DNA of 64,000 nucleotides from a virus: IMG/VR virus record IMGVR_UViG_3300042691_037350, positions 1 to 64,000 of that record; one strand, 5' to 3'. Shown piece by piece: positions 61,301 to 64,000 of this stretch (position 1 is its first letter; each line of letters starts with the position of its first letter). The notes under the pieces were generated by a model. It saw only the letters and a program-made list of their open reading frames with translations, ran no database searches and was not told where the DNA came from. The position numbers and the translations under genes were made by a program.

Positions 61301-64000
61301 TATGCCAAGACGATTAATGATGGTGGTAATGCTATGGACGCTATGAATGCTGCTCAAAATGCATTTGCTAGTGAGAATAGAGCAGCTTTTAGTATGTTTA
61401 GTGAATTAATTAGTGTTGCTGGTATCGAAAAACCACAAGCTAATCAGATGAGAGCGGATTTTCTTGAGACTATGGCAAAATCTCAGGGGATGAATTTACA
61501 AAATAATCCACTATTAAATACTATTATTGCTAACTTGAGACAGGTTCCTCAAGATGATCCAGAGGTTGCTAGATTAAAAACATTGTATCAAGAATTACAA
61601 AAGGCTCAACAACAAGCAGCAGAAGCAGCACGACAGATAGTAGTAGATGATGCTACTAAATTAATTACTGCTGCTGGAGATGCTGTTAAAAAGGCTATAG
61701 AAACTGCTAGAATTAGCTTTAACGAACAACAGCTTAATGATGTTGGTCTAGGTATTAGTAGACCAGTAGATGTAATGACTAAATCAAAGGGTGGCGTGGT
61801 CTACGCTAGTAATGGTAAATTTATTCCACGAGGCACAGATACAGTTCCAGCCATGTTAACGCCGGGAGAGTTTGTTGTTAATGCTAAATCTGCGAGTAGT
61901 CACTTACCACTGTTAAATGCTATTAATAAATCCAAGGGTGGTATGGTTCAGTATTTAGAGGATGGCGGACCCGCTGTTGGTTCCCCTATGTGGAGATATA
62001 ATAAAGCTCGTGAAATGTTTGGTCCTACACACAGAATTACTATGAGAGAAGGCGCTGCGGCCGGATTAAATCTTAACAGTCTTGGCAATCAAATTGATCC
62101 TTATTTAGCAAATAACCGTACCGGTAATGTATCATCTTCTCAAGCGCAGCAGATTGTTGATGATTATAGCACAAGCGCGGCACAATACAATACTACTAAT
62201 GGTTTTAGAAATGGGTTGTCCACACCGGTGTCCGGTAAACCTAGTAGAGCTAGTGTTTTACCAAATAATGCTAATTTCTCTACTAGATTATTTGCAAACG
62301 CTGCTGATTTTGGAGAAGGAGCATATGGTATAGTTAAGGATGTAGGAGGAGCCCTACGTACTGGTGCTGGTGCTGTTGGTAGAGGAATATATGGAGCGGC
62401 TTCTTCCGTTGGGGATTATTTTGGTAGGTTGAGAACATTCGCCAATGCTCCATATGCTGGTGACGATGTAGCTGGTGGATTATGGCGAACAGGTGTTAGA
62501 GCAGTACGCGGAGCATCGTATATTGGTTATACTGGAACCAGAGGATTAATAAGAGGATTGCAAGGATCCAACCTTGGTGGTGGTTTAGCTACCGCTGGTG
62601 CTGGTATGGCAGTAGATTATGCTCTTGGGTCTATGGGCGCTTCTGAAGGATTAAGAAGTACCGCTAGTGCAGCAATTGATGCTGGTAGCACTCTACAACA
62701 AGGTACTCAAATAGGTATGGGGGCAGCAGCCTCCGCAAGAATTTTAGCAGAAATGGGTATACAATCAGCATATGAGGTTGGCAGCGCTGTTTATGATACT
62801 AAAGCTTATATAGATAAAAAACTAGAAGAAGGAGATGCTCAACAACAAGCTAGAAATGATTACGGTGTTGTTGGAGGTATCGGTAGTAATATTTTAGGAA
62901 ATATTTTCGGAACTGACGCTAGTATATATAGACCAGGAACATGGATTCCGGGTCGTGGTATTCCAGCAGCGATTGGTAGAGTTAGTGTTAATACTGGAGA
63001 TGCAATAAAAGCTAATCAACAAGCAGCAGATACCAAAAAATCAGTAGAAGCTAAACAAGCAGAAATGAATGCCCAGTTTCCTATGTTAATGGAGGATGGA
63101 CAAACAAGAAATATAGGTGTTCTTGGAGAGCAATGGGTAAGACGCAGAGTTGAGCTAGAAAAAAATAAAAAGAAATTAACAGAAACGGAATATCAGAGAC
63201 AGTTAGCAATACTTAATCAGGATAGAGATGCTGTGGATGTTACTAAGGGTTGGTTTAGTAATACGACTACAAGACGCATGAGTGCTAGTAATACAGACTT
63301 AGATCATGCTTACAAACAAGAAATGGGTCGTATGGAATCCGAACAAGCAGAAGCAAAACAAAAAGCAGAAACACAACAAGCTCAACAAATGGCAAAAACA
63401 GCAGAGAGAATGTATGCCGCCGGAGCACAAGCCGCAGAAACTGTTGGCAATTTTGCTAGTAATATGTGGAATAGTGCTGTTAATACATATAATGGATGGG
63501 TAAAAGATTCTAAGGATAAAGCAGCGGCCAGGGCTGAAGCACAAAGAATCGAAAAAGATAATCAAACATCAGCATCGGCTACTCGCTATATAAAACATCC
63601 GGCTGTACCTAGTTTAATAGAATCTAATAATCAATTAGCAGCAGAAAGATCAGCTAAACTAGCTAGACTTATGGAATTAAATGAGCCTGTGAATTTGGTG
63701 GATAAAGCTCAAGCAGAAGCAGAAAAAGAAAAGAGACAACAAGAAAAAGAAAGATTATTAAAAGAAATTAATAGTATTAATACTCAAATTGTTGATTCTA
63801 ATATGGCAGTATATGCCAAAACCCCATCATCAGAAATTAATGCGGAATGGGACGCTTATAACAAAAATCAAGCTAAATTAGCTAAAAAAGCTGAAATGGA
63901 AAAAATTAGAGAGAACAAAATTGCTCAAAATAGAGCTATAGAAAAGGAGATGGGTTTAAGAAATTCTTTAGCTAAAGCAACCGGACTACCTATGCCCAGA
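55376..64000 (+). CDS. Tape measure protein (TP901-type core) with ART-like and PD-(D/E)xK-like cargo domains; >2,875 aa, partial
   Basis: Manually translated most of the frame from ATG 55376 (AGGA RBS) and saw no stop; still in frame at the window end. Core TRESAETIATGLRTIFTRVQ; three DTVPA(M/L)LTPGEFV repeats; Gly-zipper TM segments. Confidence 0.85.
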   Translation, partial: MSRGFNLTAEINLRGPSNIRTVVADIRRQLGTVTADVNVRVNPTAIRNISALNQALGRLNTTLADTNRLGLQATNTLNSLANAGRQATNSIANLPRNIQNASTAVNRLSNTTNQAARNLQVARTEFEEFGRQSALAIRRFAAFATVTGAIFKVTNAISSASAEFIAFNKELVRVAQVTDTSVSNLGGLVKEITSLSTRFGVTSKELIQVSSTLAQAGLSARDTEKALKALALSAMAPSFDSLNDTVEGSIALMRQFNIGAKDLEKALGSVNAVSAKFAVEASDIITAIQRTGGVFAAASRGVSEGTDALNQFIAVFTSVRATTRESAETIATGLRTIFTRVQRASTIDALKEYGVVLTDLEGKFVGPYEAVRKLAEGLNQLDPRDLRFSRIVEELGGFRQIGKVIPLIQQFATAQQALIVAQKGQGSLANDAATAQQALAVKISKVREEFIALIRSVGQSDSFQNFVKLSLDLASALIKVADSAKGVLPALTAIAAIRGASFLTQFATGFAGGLRRRNSGGPIMGFAKGGLVPGSGNSDTVPAMLTPGEFVIRKKAVESLGVSRLSNINKYANGGPAKSPTKTLEKYYTDSSKINLGLANSKSLSKEDRKSLASDVKNLRQLRAQAPTQVYSAISSVAFDSMARQTGFNKKAAEGAGPLKEDRVFAAETQKIIGKAFKLPGFLSTSKEYSVAKMFLDNAPRTDNFGAMLNIKTKQGAKGIDTVSSLGGKQIDVSKTEIDPRSGKPTTYKMNQPDAEKEVILQPRSRFKIDKASFSGFLGGNKNLWMDVQQFNEGGLIEDIRGGLRQVGAAVLEPNSKRPKSDVLFSVTENKIKNALGLDKQESIKNLGFSNRLDMTGIVSGLTTPTSDTFNAALDNGIVQGINSAAAQISEKLQVSIGSIDDSTKNAFLSGINTGTRGNLFEDILTLMSGKFERISGRNFDFPNGMPSIKEGDFAGLPKKWIDAKASFGRATRSGEGSLESKTINQIRDEINKQRSKYIGLADKVEDKPQKANEDSLLSALKTKYSDRDSEAFKALNGSDRYAVEEALSTNKVSKNKLNKFRSLLGMATGGSISGEDTVPALLTPGEFVINKKAASRIGSAKLHQLNKADKLQGFNKGGPVGGFYRFARGGSAPGDYTANLEGAVQRAFQDFEGFMKTFGDMVNSRRDALYKLNRQSGMSAADAKQNADLRARGEGAQYLADRGVIRQGVATGLSRTLNPSGPEAQAGARFIVQSMQKAAQASQQVAQNSSRTAGFFDKLKNTASSVTSSVGGFLNKIRGANLTPEQRQDRRDRRQSIANLGMAATFAIPMLADQIGNSIGGTKGAGVAGAGASFGTAVGVGSQFGPYGALVGAIAGTVMAVDGYNQGIAEKEKELSQQKIESETKRIDSSLQQVEKNPQNAAATTAVVASLQKIAGEEEKVMSANRKLRQPTTLQKIGSYFGYETGKSTEDIAQENTAANKAASDVAMQLLTSKVNSGMGFDAALASTGNAALVKEQIAQGAGGEFAIKEARLREVRAKFEGKTDSTSKEIVANLDKALQENTDAAFASATAGLKAADADIQRAKAAKAVAKALNLASVSIDRTFSNMESAISKASAQLSMAGEDLDAIASGKISTKARFSQQNVLENPNAYSSAERSAAVQQAGGLFGRDLSFVTRLTEVGANIKNTMTRMGVDAQQSGKPKEMVAEEIQRTVDKQLRDAFGDNNLSRQISEQLKLALQNQLVDKESKEIDLDKLMSETTGLTSLLEAEKKAYKALADAAKLATDSINLYSEQIDKANAMLNEVNSMRGDSIATKASNDFRLTEVLGDKVGLRDRFGARLEEGAARAGVKPGQFNLPALQARLAQLSNNATGVQQNRDQFQQNNQLTDPKTIQGIANFNRSLSSLNNDIENTKKAIKDLPKDIQGFIDDTFSELQKKVSEFETKQQAGASFGEKLVTSTPQELLDLNNTYNLVNNTLNGQVRTIQQSIAAQQAYAKTINDGGNAMDAMNAAQNAFASENRAAFSMFSELISVAGIEKPQANQMRADFLETMAKSQGMNLQNNPLLNTIIANLRQVPQDDPEVARLKTLYQELQKAQQQAAEAARQIVVDDATKLITAAGDAVKKAIETARISFNEQQLNDVGLGISRPVDVMTKSKGGVVYASNGKFIPRGTDTVPAMLTPGEFVVNAKSASSHLPLLNAINKSKGGMVQYLEDGGPAVGSPMWRYNKAREMFGPTHRITMREGAAAGLNLNSLGNQIDPYLANNRTGNVSSSQAQQIVDDYSTSAAQYNTTNGFRNGLSTPVSGKPSRASVLPNNANFSTRLFANAADFGEGAYGIVKDVGGALRTGAGAVGRGIYGAASSVGDYFGRLRTFANAPYAGDDVAGGLWRTGVRAVRGASYIGYTGTRGLIRGLQGSNLGGGLATAGAGMAVDYALGSMGASEGLRSTASAAIDAGSTLQQGTQIGMGAAASARILAEMGIQSAYEVGSAVYDTKAYIDKKLEEGDAQQQARNDYGVVGGIGSNILGNIFGTDASIYRPGTWIPGRGIPAAIGRVSVNTGDAIKANQQAADTKKSVEAKQAEMNAQFPMLMEDGQTRNIGVLGEQWVRRRVELEKNKKKLTETEYQRQLAILNQDRDAVDVTKGWFSNTTTRRMSASNTDLDHAYKQEMGRMESEQAEAKQKAETQQAQQMAKTAERMYAAGAQAAETVGNFASNMWNSAVNTYNGWVKDSKDKAAARAEAQRIEKDNQTSASATRYIKHPAVPSLIESNNQLAAERSAKLARLMELNEPVNLVDKAQAEAEKEKRQQEKERLLKEINSINTQIVDSNMAVYAKTPSSEINAEWDAYNKNQAKLAKKAEMEKIRENKIAQNRAIEKEMGLRNSLAKATGLPMPR

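Noticed and set aside
56017-63565. Short ORFs listed in the track across 56-63.6 kb
   Set aside because: All overlap the single long TMP frame from 55376, which is absent from the track apparently because it has no stop in the window
1-64000. Stop-codon reassignment; tRNA/rRNA genes
   Set aside because: The standard code gives dense full-length genes that end in TAA, TAG and TGA; no cloverleaf or rRNA recognised by eye (tRNAscan not run)

Overview
This window is 64 kb of an AT-rich, tailed dsDNA phage (Caudoviricetes). The host is probably a planctomycete, inferred from a Planctomycete-type N-terminal motif on an S8 protease. (1) 1-4.5 kb is an early/host-takeover region on the minus strand. 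It holds about 13 tiny ORFs, arranged as cassettes with purine-rich leaders, stacked sigma70 + sigma28-like promoters, sigma54 (-24/-12) elements and a 29-bp palindrome repeated 7 times. (2) 4.6-6.4 kb holds a subtilase, a secreted Y/P/V-rich protein and an HTH/AT-hook protein. (3) 6.5-17.7 kb holds a phage sigma factor, a methyltransferase, GDP-mannose 4,6-dehydratase, HNH and ERCC4 nucleases, terminase, portal, protease/scaffold (with a nested scaffold start), a decoration protein and the major capsid protein. (4) 17.8-49.5 kb holds about 32 kb of fibre/appendage genes in two paralogous modules. These include Mtd_N, collagen and YadA-like proteins, a ~3,400-aa protein whose start is frameshifted by a 49-bp tandem duplication, a GC-rich acquired gene, glycan-related enzymes and a trypsin-like protease. 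(5) 49.6-64 kb holds neck, tail tube and chaperone genes, then an unannotated tape-measure ORF of >2,875 aa (55376 to the window end). That ORF carries an ADP-ribosyltransferase-like domain and a PD-(D/E)xK nuclease-like domain, bracketed by repeated (F/Y)xxGG / DTVPAMLTPGEFV motifs. All calls come from motif reading by eye; no database searches were run.
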